Shown: piece by piece, positions 22,898 through 35,115 of the stretch | How the letters are laid out: the number at the start of each line of letters is the position of its first letter | Position numbering within the stretch: position 1 is the first letter of the stretch | DNA from: Torpedo marmorata | Lineage: Eukaryota | Direction of reading: 5' to 3' | DNA: 64,000 nt | Assembly: GCA_977017645.1 (NCBI GenBank) | Contig: OZ360233.1 | Location: 25,296,001-25,360,000 of the forward strand | The notes under the pieces: model-generated | The model's input: the letters and a program-made list of their open reading frames with translations, nothing else | Told to the model about the DNA's origin: nothing | Database searches by the model: none | Position numbers and translations under genes: made by a program

Positions 22898-25800
22898 AAA
22901 CATGGACTTTTTTTAAATCTATATGTTACAAATCCAGATGATGAACAATTTATTCAAGATACTTTTTTACATTTATCTGAGGCTAAGGAAAATATTTTAA
23001 TTGGTGGAGATTTTAACTGTTGTCTTAATGCAAATATGGACAAAACTACTAGAACATCTGTTAGACCTAAAATAGTTAAAAGAATGATTAATTTAATGGA
23101 TGACCTGAATCTGGTAGATATCTGGAGGAAGTTAAATCCTAGAGAAAAAGATTATTCATTTTATTCTTTTAGACATAATTCATTTTCAAGGATTGATTTG
23201 TTTTTGATATCTTCACAAGTTCAGGACAGAGTAACTCAAATATCTTATAAAGCAAGAATAATCTCAGATCATTCACCTTTGTTAATGACATGTATAATTC
23301 CAGAGAAAGAAAAAACTGTATATAATTGGAGATTAGATTCTTCTTTATTAAATAGAAAAGACTTTTGTGAATATATAAGAAAAGAAATTCAGGAATTTTT
23401 AAGAATTAATAATAATTCAGTTAATGATAGATTTATAATTTGGGAATCTTTAAAAGCATATTTAAGAGGTTTGATAATAAGTTTCTCGGCAAAAATTAGA
23501 AAAGATTATTTGAAAGAAGAAGAAAAATTGGAAGGGGAGATTGAATTTATGGAAAATGATTTTCAAAGAAATAAAACAATTTTTAAGAGACAACGTTTAA
23601 TTAGGAAAAAACTGCATTATAATATATTACAAACACGAAAAATAGAAAAATTAATTGGTAGAACAAAACAAAGATATTATGAATTGGGAGAAAGAGCACA
23701 TAAAGTTCTAGCATGGCAATTAAAAAAAGAACAAGTTTCTAAAACTATAAATGCTATTAAAAAAAAAGTACTGGTGAAATAACCTATAAACCTCAAGAAA
23801 TAAACGATTCCTTTAGAGAATATTATCAGAATTTATACACTTCACAGATTGATCAAGATGTTACAAAAATTGATAATTTTTTATCTAAAATTACATTGCC
23901 TAAATTAAATAATTTTAATAGAGATTTGTTAGATTTACCTATTACAATGAGAGAAGTAGTTGAAGCTTTATCGACATTGAAAAGTGGTAAATCTCCTGGT
24001 GATGATGGATTTCCGATAGAGTTTTATAAGAAGTTTAAAGATTTACTGATACCTATATATATGGAAGTATTGACTCAAATAAAGGAAACTCATTTATTAC
24101 CGAAAACATTTTTAAATGCTGTTATTACAGTTATACCAAAGAAAGATAGAGATGTATTAAAAACTGAGTCATACAGACCTATATCACTGTTGAATGTAGA
24201 TTATAAATTAATGGCAAAAATTTTGACAAACAGATTAGCTAAGTTTTTACCGCTTTTAATACATTCAGATCAAGCAGGATTTATTAAAAATAGATATTCG
24301 AAGGATAATATAGCAAGATTAATAAGTTTAATTAATTTGCAAAAAAGGAAACAGGATTTACCGTTGGTGATAACATTAGATGCAGAAAAAGCATTTGATA
24401 GATTAGAATGGAAATTTTTATTTAAGGTTTTAGAGAAATATGGGTTTGGAAATACTTTTGTAAATTGGATTAAGACTATATATAAGGAACCTACAGTTAG
24501 AGTAATTACAAATGGTCAGATATCATCTAAATTTTCCTTGACGCAATCAACAAGACAAGGATGTCCTTTATCACCTTTATTTGTATTGGCAATAGAACCG
24601 CTGGCTGAAATGATTAGGAAAGATATCAATATAAATGGGATTAAAGTAGGTGCAGAAGAGCATAAAATTAGTTTATTTGCAGATGATGTATTAATATATA
24701 TGACGAAATCTATTGGATCGCTTCAACAATTAGCTAAGATACTGAGGGAGTATGGTGAGATATCTGGTTATAAAATAAATTCAGATAAGAGTGAAATAAT
24801 GGCTTTATCTCAAGGAGATTATACTAAATGTAAAGAAGTTACAGGATTTAAATGGGCTAAAGAAGCAATTAAATATTTGGGAGTTAAAGTAGATACAAAA
24901 TTGGAAAATTTATATAAATTAAATTATATACCTCTATTTCAGAAATTAAAGAAAGATTTGGAAAATTGGAAAGATTTACCTATAACCCTAATGGGAAGAG
25001 TGAATTGTATTAAAATGAATATCTTTCCAAGAGTTCAATACCTTTTTCAATCTATACCTTTTGGAATTCCTCAAAAATTTTTTAAAGATTTAAAAATCAT
25101 TGTTAGAAAATTTTTATAGAAAGGAAAATTAGCAAGGGTAAGTATGGATAAATTAATTTGGGAATATGAGATGGGTGGATTACAACTCCCCAATTTTCAA
25201 TATTATTTTAAGGCAGCACAATTAAAGTTTATTAATGAATTTTTTGATTTAACTAAATCTACTGCTTGGATTAATATAGAATTGAATAATATAGGGGAAA
25301 GATATAAGGAAGATATTATTTATAAATGGAATTCTAAATTATTATTAGTTAAAAAGAAAAAATCACCGATTATTAAACATTTACTGGAAATCTGGACTCA
25401 GTTAGACAATGAGATAGGACGAAAAGGGTCATTATCTTTGAATATGCCATTGTATCAGAATTTATTGTTACCTTTTTCTATTGATAATCAATTTTTAAAA
25501 CTATGGTTTCAAAAAGGAATTAAGAAGATTAAAGATTGTTTTGAGGCTGGAAGATTTGTTACATTCTCTAGGTTGAAAGAAAAATTTGGAATAACGGATA
25601 ATACGATTTTGGCTTATTATCAGGTTAAAGGATTTTTAGTTGAGAAATTGGGGAATCAATTAATAACTCCAAGACAGGATGGATTAGAATTATTAATTAC
25701 TAATGGAAATGTTAACAAGTTTATATCACTTCAGAGAAAGATGCCTAAGGTAGGATTGCATAAATCAAGATTAAATTGGGAATCAGATTTAAATATTAGT

Positions 25801-26659
25801 ATAGATGAAAAACATTGGAAAGAATTATGTAAATTGAGTATGACCAAAATTATTAATGTTAGATATAGATTAGTACAATATAATTTTTTTCATCAATTAT
25901 ATTTAACACCTAAAAAATTAAAGAAATTTAATCCGGCACTATCAGATATGTGTTTTAGATGTAGGGATGAAATAGGTTCTTTTGTACACTGTACATGGTC
26001 ATGTTTAAAAATTCAAAATTTTTGGTCTAAAGTTAAGGATTGTTTGGATAGAATTTTTAATATTACGGTTCCAATGGACCCTATGTTCTTTTTATTTGGA
26101 GATATTAAAAAATTTAGTATTAGAAATAGATTGAATATGTATCAAATAGAATTTTTACGAATTGTTTTAGCGGTTTCAAAAAAATGTATCGCTATTACTT
26201 GGAAATCAGATTTAGATTTGAGTTTAGATAGATTACATGCAGAATTACGTTCTTGTGTACCATTGGAAAAAATTATATATAATTTACATGATAAATATCA
26301 TTTCTTTTTGAAAATTTGGAGCCCTTATATGAGAATTATGGGTATGAATTAATTCTCTAGAAGTTGGTACCGCTGGCAAAAATAACCTCCCATATATAAA
26401 TAGAATTAGCTTGTAATTTGCTTTCTCCTCACTTTAACTCTTTAATTCTTTATTATTCAACTCTTTTCTTTTTTTTTCTTTATAACTAACATTCTTTTTT
26501 TTTCTTCTTTTTTTTTTAGAATAGTGCTGGGGGGGTTGGGGAGGGGAGGGTGGGAGGTAATATATCACATGTATTTTAAATTATATACTATTTTTGATTC
26601 ATGTATTTTGTGATTTTAAAATTTAAATAAAATTATTTTAAAAAAACCAAAAAAAAAAA
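22898..26659 (+). mobile_element. L1-clade LINE, 5'-truncated within the endonuclease, inserted in the Gypsy integrase
   Basis: GGDFN and SDH (EN), FADD (RT), C-terminal CFRC...HCTWSC, AATAAA plus A tail; TSD aaccactagttg at 22886-22897 and 26660-26671. Confidence 0.95.
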
Positions 26660-29321
26660 AACCACTAGTTGGAAAACGCCTGACATGAAATTACTGCCCT
26701 GATCTGATTGAATTTCCCTTGGCAAACCTACCAAGGTGAAAAACTTTACCATAGCCTTTAGAATTGACTTTGCTTTAATGTTTCTCAGAGGAATGGCCTC
26801 TGGAAATCTGGTGGCTGCACACATAATTGTTAACAAATACTCATTCCCCACTTCGGTTTTGTGCAATGGGCCAACACAGTCCATAATTACTCTCGAAAAA
26901 GGCTCACTGAAAGCAGGGATAGGTTGCAAGGGTGCCACCGGGGGACCCTGATTAGGTTTACCCACCACCTGACAAGTGTGACAGGCCCGGCAAAAGCTTA
27001 CAACCTCCCTTCTCAAACTGGGCCAATAAAATTGTTTCATTGTCTTCCTTATAATTTTCTTCACCCCAAGGTGACCACCTAAGGGTGTACTATGAGCCAA
27101 AGTTATTATTGCATCCCTATATACTTTAGGGATCACAACCTGCTGCACTACTGCCCATTCTTCATTGGCAGGAACATCACATGGTCTCCACTTTCTCATC
27201 AACACCCCATCTTTTTCATAATAACCCACTGGCACCTTTTTAATCTCCTCTTCAGAGAGAACCTTATCCCTCACCTCAGCAAGATCAGGATCGTCCTTTT
27301 GTCTTGCTATTAGCTCCTGTCGGGATAGTGACAAATCTGTGCCTTTAGGTGTCTTATCAGTGGATGGGTGTAATACAGGAGATTGCTCCACCTTTTCCAG
27401 GTTTTCTTGATTATCACTGTCTTTTTCTTTCACCAAGTTATTTTCCACTGCCTTCTCTACAGTGACATTTTTCTTAGACATGGCCCTGGTTATGGCACAT
27501 GCCGGATAAATATCAGAGTCTTTCTCTGACTTATCAATGACTGGCTTAGTGGTCATTCGCACTGCAGGAACTACTTTACCCTTGGCCAAGTCATTGCCTA
27601 ACAACAGTGAGACTCCTTCTACTGGCAACTCTGATCTCACTCCTATTATAACAGGTCCTTCCACCAAGTCTGAGTCCAATACTATTTTGTGCAAAGGAAT
27701 GGACTCAACATCACCACCAATTCCTTTAATTAAATTTATGTCACCGGTGTCAGTAGCTTCACAAAATTCCAAGACACTATCTAACACAAGTGACTGAGCA
27801 GCTCCAGTATCTCGCAAGATTTTCACTGGAACTTGTTTTGATCCTGCCTTAACTGAAACAAAACCATCAGTCACAAAAGGTTTAAGTACATCTTTAACTT
27901 TGTCAGTAAATTTATCTCCTTCCTGGGTGTTATGCCTCTTCTCACTCTGAATGCAAGCATTAGGTGTTGCATCCTTTTCTCTCTTCTTTTTCAACACTGG
28001 ACAGCTTGCTATCATATGACCAGCCTTCCTACAGTGGTGGCAAATGGGACCCGAATGGTTTTCCCTTTTCCACTTTCCGTCATCCCTTTCTTTAACACCA
28101 CTTCCAAATTTACTTTCCACTTGCTTCTGATTATCCACAGTGACCTTTTGGAAAATTCTACCTGACTTCCACTTAGGCTTGTGGGTTAAAGCATATTCAT
28201 CTGCTAACTTAGTTGAATTTTGCCAAGTTTTCACCTCCTTTTCATCTAAGTATGCCTTAATATCCTCAGGAACACACCTTTTTATCTCCTTGATTATTAT
28301 CAATTCTTTCAATTGATTGTAATCATTGTTTACTGCCTTAGATGTGCACCACCGGTCAAAACACTCAACTTTTTCATAGGCAAACTCTGTATAAGATTGG
28401 GTTGCTGATCTTTTTAAATTTCTAAACTTCTGTCTATAAGCCTCTGGAACTAACTCATAAGCCTGGAGTATAGCCTTTTTCACCGTTTCATAATCAGCAG
28501 CTTGCTCCGTGGTAAGAGTACAATAAGCTTGCTGAGCTTTTCCTTTTATTACACTTTGTAACATAAGAGACCATTGGTCTTGTGGCCATTTTAATTTCAC
28601 AGCCACCTTCTCAAAATGTTGGCAGTACTTATCTATTTCTGCCTCCTCAAATGGAGGAACCAACCTAACTTCTCTACTAGCCAAAAACCCCACAACTGAA
28701 CAATGAATTTGATCTTGGTGCTCTTCTTGTCTCCCTTTCATTTTCCAACTTTATCTTTTCCAGCATATACCTCCTATTTCTCTCATCGTTCTCGTGTCTC
28801 TTTAGTTCCAATTCCATGTCTAATTTCTTTTGTTCCAATTCCAATTTCTTTTGTTCCCTGTCTGCCTCTAATTTATTTTGTTCCCTGTCTGCCTCTAATT
28901 TCTTTTGTTCCCTGGCTGCCTCCAATTTCTTTTGTTCCAATTCCAATTTCTTTATTTCCAATTGTATGTTTTCAGAAGGTTTACCCTTGGGAAAATGCTC
29001 CAACACGCTCTCCTCAAATTTTTTTTCTTTTATATAATATTTGACAATTTTTCTCCCAATCTCTGCCTTTTTCATAGATGCTTTTACAGAAGCAATGCCC
29101 AGCTTTGTTGCTATAGCCACTTACTGTTCCTTTTTCGCCTTTTTTAAAGTATCAGGTTCAGGTGATTCCAAAAAATGTTCTACATCCATTGTTGCTGGTT
29201 TTTCATTACACAAACACTAGCTTTTAATTAGCTTTACAAAAGGAATGTCTTAAACTAAACTGAGATTCCTTCAATTACCAAGATGGATTTTGATTCAAAT
29301 CCTCGGACGAGCCCCCAATTT

Positions 29322-29452
29322 TGTTACAAAATCAAACCAGCAACGACAGAAGGGGTAAAATTGAAATTTATATTTATTAAAGACAATTAAACATATAATT
29401 TCACAACAATTAACCCCACTATAAACGTCTATAAACACTATTTTTATCTAAA

Positions 29453-29491
<39 letters not shown>

Positions 29492-30197
29492 GCCCAGACC
29501 ATTACAGTCTGTGCCCAACCCTTATGTAAAAATGGAAAAACTTTCCCCAAAAAACCCCAGGTCAGTCATAAAAACAAGTCAGTCAAAAAAAGAATAATAC
29601 AGTCCACAAAAATTCACTCTCTAAGTTCAGGTTTCAAATTCAGCGCTGTGTGCTGGCAGAAGTACTTCTGAATGAACGTTGGAGAGAGACTATGACTGTT
29701 TATGCTAACAAATACTTGGCTTGTTTTTCTTCTCTGATGACGTTCCCTTCTTGTGTTTTCATAAGGATTGCGAATTCAGATCAGTATACCACTGATTTAG
29801 GCGTGTGCTTGGATCGCACAGCTGGTCTCGCTGATCTCACGCCTGTTCTCCACAAAAGTTGCTTTACCTCAGAATTTCTCTGAGCCAGGAGGCCATGTGC
29901 TATTCTTCCAGCCTTTTCTCTGGGATGCACAAGCCTGGATTTGGCTGTGTTCTCTAGCCTTTGCAACTCCAAAACTGCCTGCTTTTTGCAGAGGTCTGCA
30001 CCTGCTTTTGCAAAAATGCAACAAAGTATCTTTTCCACAGCCTGTCTCTCTCTCTGCTCTCTCTCTCTCTCTCTCTGGGTATGCCAAGTCCTGGGCAAGT
30101 TAACTCTTTCAGTACCTGGTTCCAGTGTATACTCCAAAAGACTTCATCCTTCCTGCTGACCGTCCGCAGTCCAAATGGTCAGTCATGGTCCATAACA
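29322..30197 (-). repeat. 5' LTR
   Basis: Adjacent to the PBS; ends 88 nt before the CH5 exon. Confidence 0.93.
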
Positions 30198-30285
30198 CTG
30201 GAGATGAGCAAGAAATGTTGGTCTCATCAGTGACTCACCCATCCATTAGGGAAAGGTGAAATAATAATTGTGACGTTTCTCCCAG

Positions 30286-30606
30286 GTGACTGTACAGATA
30301 CCCACCCCTCAGTTACTTTAAGGAAACCTTCCTTCGAAGAGATCTGGACGAACAGGACGGCGACCATTCTGTGTGAGGTGGTCCATGGTGATTTAGAGGG
30401 ATTCAGGGTAACCTGGCAGGTGGACGGAAGTGAGAGAGAAGATGGTGTGAGAACTCAGGGTCCAAACAGGAACGGAGGTGAAGACATGATCATCAGCAGA
30501 TTGACGGTCCCCGCTGCAGAGTGGGAGATTGGGACTGAGTACTCGTGCGTGGCGGAGGACAACAGTTTGCCAACACCGGAGAAGAGGTCCATTAAGAAGG
30601 CCACAG
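30286..30606 (+). CDS. IgW: IgW CH5 exon
   Basis: ctcccag| GDCTDTHPSVTLRKPSFEEIW...ILCEVVH...YSCVAE...KAT |gtacgt; 321 nt. Confidence 0.95.
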
Positions 30607-31166
30607 GTACGTGAAGAGAGAGCTCGGTGTGAGTCTGATCTTAGCAAATAGAGGAATGATAATGAGGTTATTGTCATCGACATTGTACAATGTGCAGAGA
30701 AAAGCATGTCACCATCCAGCAGTGTGGTGGACTCAGGAAAGATTAGAGCAGGAGTAGGCCATTCAGCCCTTCATTCCTGCTTAGCCATTCAATATGATCA
30801 CCACAGGTCATCCAAATTGAGTCCCTATTCCTGCCTTCTCTCCATGACCCTTGATCCCTTTACCCTTGGAACTATATCCAGCTCATCCTTGAATATATTT
30901 AATCATTGGGCTTGAACTGCTCTCTGTGGCAGAGAATTCCTCAGGTTCACCATTCTCCAGGTGAAGACATTTTTCCTCTCACACAATCCTCAGCCTGTCA
31001 CCCCTTATCCTGGATTCTGCCGCCATCAGGAACATTCTTTCAGCATCTAGTCTGTCCAACCCTGTTCAGAATGTTAAAACTTCCATGAGACTCCCCACAT
31101 TCTTCTTTGCCCTGTTGAAGGTCTTCTCATGTTGGTCAGAGAATATTAAGGAGCAAAGGAAGACTG

Positions 31167-31845
31167 AAAGTTGAGTCAAACGTAGATAGGGTGGTGAAGA
31201 AAGCATTTGGTATGTTGGCCTTCATAAATCAGAGTATTGAATATAGGAGTTGGGATGTCATGTTGAAGTTGTATAAAGCATTGGTGAGGCCAAATTTGGA
31301 ATAATGTGCGCAGTTTTGGTCGCCGAATTACAGGAAGGATATAAACAGAATAGAGAGAGTGCAGAGGAGATTTACAAGAATGTTGCCTGGGTTTCTGGGT
31401 TTGAGTTATAGGGAAAGGTTGAACAGGCTGGGACTTTATTCCCTGGAGCGTAGAAGGTTGAGGGGTGATTTGATAGAGGTATTTAAAATTATGAAGGGGA
31501 AAGATAGAGTCAATGTGGACAGGCTATTTCCATTGAGAGAGGGGAAGATTCAATCAAGAGGGCATGGATTGAGATTGAAGGGGGAAAAGTTTAGAGGAAA
31601 CATGAGGGGGAATTTCTTCACTCAGAGGGTGGTAGGAGGGTGGAACGAGCTTCTGGCCGAAGTGGTAGATGCAGGTTCAATTTTAATGTTTAAGGAAAAG
31701 TTGGATAGGTATATAGACGAGAGAGGTGTGGAGGGTTATGGGCCGGGTGCGGGTCAGTGGGACGAGTTGGGAGAATGTGTTCGGCATGGATTAGAAGGGC
31801 CGAACTGGCCTGTTTCTGTGCTGTAAACGTTATATGGTTATATGA
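31167..31845 (+). mobile_element. CR1 LINE 3' fragment
   Basis: ORF 31359-31826 QRRFTRMLPG...RGDLIE; tail tatatggttatatg. Confidence 0.9.
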
Positions 31846-32375
31846 ACCCTCCTGAGAAACACATCAGTAAAATCCCAAATCACCACAGCAGCCTCACCCA
31901 AAACCACACTGGTTCCTGCATGGTGAATTCTTGTGATGGTGTTGAGGGAGAAGGATCTGCAGCTTTCAAACCCTGAGGGAGAGACTGAGTCAAGGCAGTG
32001 AGTGGAAGGGCCGGGAGGCTGAGGCACAGACTGAAGTTCAGCAGATCATTGAAGCAGAGGGGGAGATGGAACAAACAGCACAGGATGAGGCAAGTCCAGG
32101 GTCCGACCCACTTTCTGTGGTGTCTCTGTGATCAGTGGCTCCCACTGATTAAACTGAACAGACAAACCTCTCAGGAAGCTCTAAAATGCATCCGATTCAA
32201 TATTTCCACCCTGTACATCCCAACAATGATCAGAAAGGGAAAAGGCTTCAGTGTCAGGTAAAGTGAGATCAGTCGAGTTGTAGAAATTTCCCATGTTGGT
32301 TTGAAAGCACACTGTGTGGGTTAAGCACAGAATTATTGAAAGATTCAGTCTAACTGAGGTTTTTTCTGTTCCCAG

Positions 32376-32761
32376 GTGGAGTTGTGACTTCTCCTCACAT
32401 CTACCTCCTCCCCCCTTCATCAGATGAGTTAGAGGCAGATCAGTCTGCAACCCTGATGTGCCTCGTCAACAAGTTCTCTCCTGCAGACATCTACGTGGCC
32501 TGGATGGCCAATGACACCCTTCTGAAGACTGGGTACGTGAACCAGCCAGTGACCGAGGTCACCAGAAGTGGCTGGAACACGATGACCAGTCAGTTGAAGG
32601 TTTCTCCAGAAGAGTGGAATCGTGGCACCACTTTCTCCTGCCTGGTGGGACATGAGTCGCTCACAACTAATCTGTTCAGAAGCATCAATAAATCTCACAG
32701 CAAACCCACCCTCGTCAATCTCTCACTTGTTCTCACTGATAGTTTTACATCTTGTGCATGA
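32376..32761 (+). CDS. IgW: IgW CH6 exon with long-form secretory tailpiece (...KSHSKPTLVNLSLVLTDSFTSCA*)
   Basis: ttcccag| acceptor; terminal C domain FSCLVGHESL; tailpiece with NLS sequon and penultimate Cys. Confidence 0.96.
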
Positions 32762-32867
32762 TACCTCGTGATTCAATTGTTTTATTAGTTTTATGATAAT
32801 TAACTGTCTGAGAAGATAATTTAACTTTCTATCATGATTAAAATCTGGACCTTTCTGAACAATTGAG

Positions 32868-32873
32868 AATAAA
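32868..32873 (+). terminator. Polyadenylation signal for the long secreted form
   Basis: AATAAA about 107 nt after the CH6 stop. Confidence 0.7.
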
Positions 32874-34852
32874 ATGAGACTCAAGAATTACATTAGCCAC
32901 AAACAGAATTCATCACAAATTTCTGAGCTTCTGCATACCTTTTCAGACGTTGATCAGATTTCAACACTTTCTGCGATCTCAAGATGTGTCAAATCAATGG
33001 AAGTGTTCATGTACCAATAGAAGTTCAATAAATGTAATGTGAAAATGTTATCATTGTGACTGTCCTTTGCTGGTGTGCTTTGAGAGGCAGTAAATGAATA
33101 ATGTGGGATGTGCAGTGTGGAAGATGATGTGCACTTTGGAAGAAATTGGTGTCTTTGGATCGATGATGTGCAAAACCTTCCATGATTGGGTGTCCTTGCA
33201 CCATGCCTGGACCTATCGTAGACTAATGGACAGGGATGGATTGTGATCATTAGTCAACAACTCTACTCTCATTGTGTCATGTGACTGTCAGGGTGACAGA
33301 AGGTGAACTGACAGATCATGGACTTTCCCAGTCCAATTGTCACAATGTACTTGAAGCAAGCTCTCACATAACCAATCAAATATGGCCGGATCTTCTGTAT
33401 TTAATTGTTAGTTGTGTGATAAATATTTGCTCAGGGCCGTGACGAGAACTCTCCTTTTCTTCTTTCGGTCTCATCATGGGATTATTGAGATCTACCTGAG
33501 AAACCTCTGTTCAAAGCCTCATTCTTTCAACACCACTTCCAGTGGTTGATCTGACCCTCTGGACTGTTGGCTTCATTACAGGCTTAAGGCTCTAGAGAGG
33601 AGTTAGAATCCATGATTTTCTGACCAAGACGTGCCATTGCTAACCAGTGAGCCACACGTGACAACTGTGTCCAACAAGGGGCAATCATTGTTTGAGGAGT
33701 CCTTGGCTGCTGCTCACCACGTGTGAACATGTGAAGTCGAATAAAGGGACACCTCAATGTCGGGAACTGTTCCATTCCAATGGCACAGTTAAACTAACTG
33801 AAAGGAAGAGTACGTCTGAAACTCAGCCCCAGAGGTGGTGGAAGCTAAATCATGAGATATATTTAAGGTGGAAATTGTTAAATATTTAAAGATCAAGGAA
33901 TTGAGGGCTTTGGGAAACTGGCACAGAAGTGGAGTTGAGGCCAAAATAGATCAGCCATGATCAGATTGACTGGCTGGGTGGACGTGAAGTGCTTGGTGGT
34001 CCACTCTTGCTCCTGTTTTCTGTTGTTCTTGTGAGATGAATGGAGATGGAGACAGAGAGAATTGCAAACAGAAACAAAAGTTGAAGTGGGAAGGAAATAG
34101 ACCGAGAGAGAGAAATAGCATGTGAAGGAATCAAAGAGGGAAAATAGAATGTGAGGGTGAGAGACACAGACCAAGAAAGGGACAGAGGGAGGCCCTCCAA
34201 TGATTCAATGGCTTCAGTCCCACTCTATGAGACTCACTCCTCACTGTTACCCAGAACATATCTTTTATAGGTTACATCATACCTTATGAACGTCATTGAA
34301 CTTATTAAAGAGGCACTTAAAGCTTTTGAGACAGGAATTTATTGATAGGAGCTCTCTGAGGCATTTGCAAATGTTTCTCATGAGAGACCGTTTGCCACAG
34401 TTACAGCACATGGAATTGAACACAAATTATTGACCGGAATCTGAGACTGGTAGAATGACAAGAAAGAGACTGAAGACACGATGGGTGGGAACTGAACTCA
34501 GCAGGATATGATGATGTGCAACGTCCTGTAATGACCTCAGTTGCTGCCGTAACCATTCATGGAAAGTATTCATGACATAGATGAAAGGATATAAAGGCAT
34601 TTGTCTGGGTTTCCAGCAACAGAAGACGATGGCATTGTAAGCCGCGTGGCAGCAAAGTTTAAAGTGGAGAGAGGGCAATGAATGAAGTGATGGGGACAAT
34701 GACAGCAAAGTGAGATCATTGACATTGACAGGCTTGACGGGTCTGGAAACTTCCTCCAGTCCTATTGTATTCTCCTGACCCACAGGTCAGTGAGGTTTGT
34801 ATGATCTCTACCCTTGAAGAGCCTACAGATATAAGATAGATACTAGGAGATA

Positions 34853-35115
34853 TGGGCGGCACGGTTGGCGTAGCGGTTAGTGCAACTCCTTTACAATGCC
34901 AGCGATGGGGACCGGACATGGTTCGAATCCCACGCTCTCTGTAAGGAGTATGTACGTTCTCCCCATGTCTGCGTGGGTTTTCTCCGGGGGCTCCGGTTTC
35001 CTCCCACCGTTCAAAACGTACCGTGTAGGTTAGGTTAATGGGGTGTAAATTGGGTGGCATGGACACGTAGGGCCGAAATGGCCTGTTACCGTGCTGTATG
35101 TCTAAATTAAAAATT
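34853..35115 (+). mobile_element. tRNA-derived SINE (V-SINE/HE1-like); minus-strand copies at about 35370-35612 and 37262-37508
   Basis: A-box-like tggcgtagcgg, B-box ggttcgaatcc, core gtacgttctccccatgtctgcgtgggttt, AT-rich tail. Confidence 0.8.

Larger units (their letters stand above)
20539..30197 (-). mobile_element. Gypsy (Gmr1-like) LTR retrotransposon in the CH4-CH5 intron, defective
   Basis: LTRs 20539-21400 and 29322-30197 (TGTTA...TAACA); 4-bp TSD ctgg; tRNA-Pro-like PBS 29299-29317; gag with CCHC knuckle, protease RDTGA, integrase, RT remnant, RNase H. Confidence 0.95.

Noticed and set aside
5487-32761. IgNAR or IgM identity
   Set aside because: Conventional VH with FR2/CDR2, a CH1 with the probable L-chain Cys, six C exons and a Cys-rich short tail fit IgW
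34853-34935. tRNA gene
   Set aside because: A/B boxes belong to a SINE head followed by SINE body; no complete cloverleaf evident
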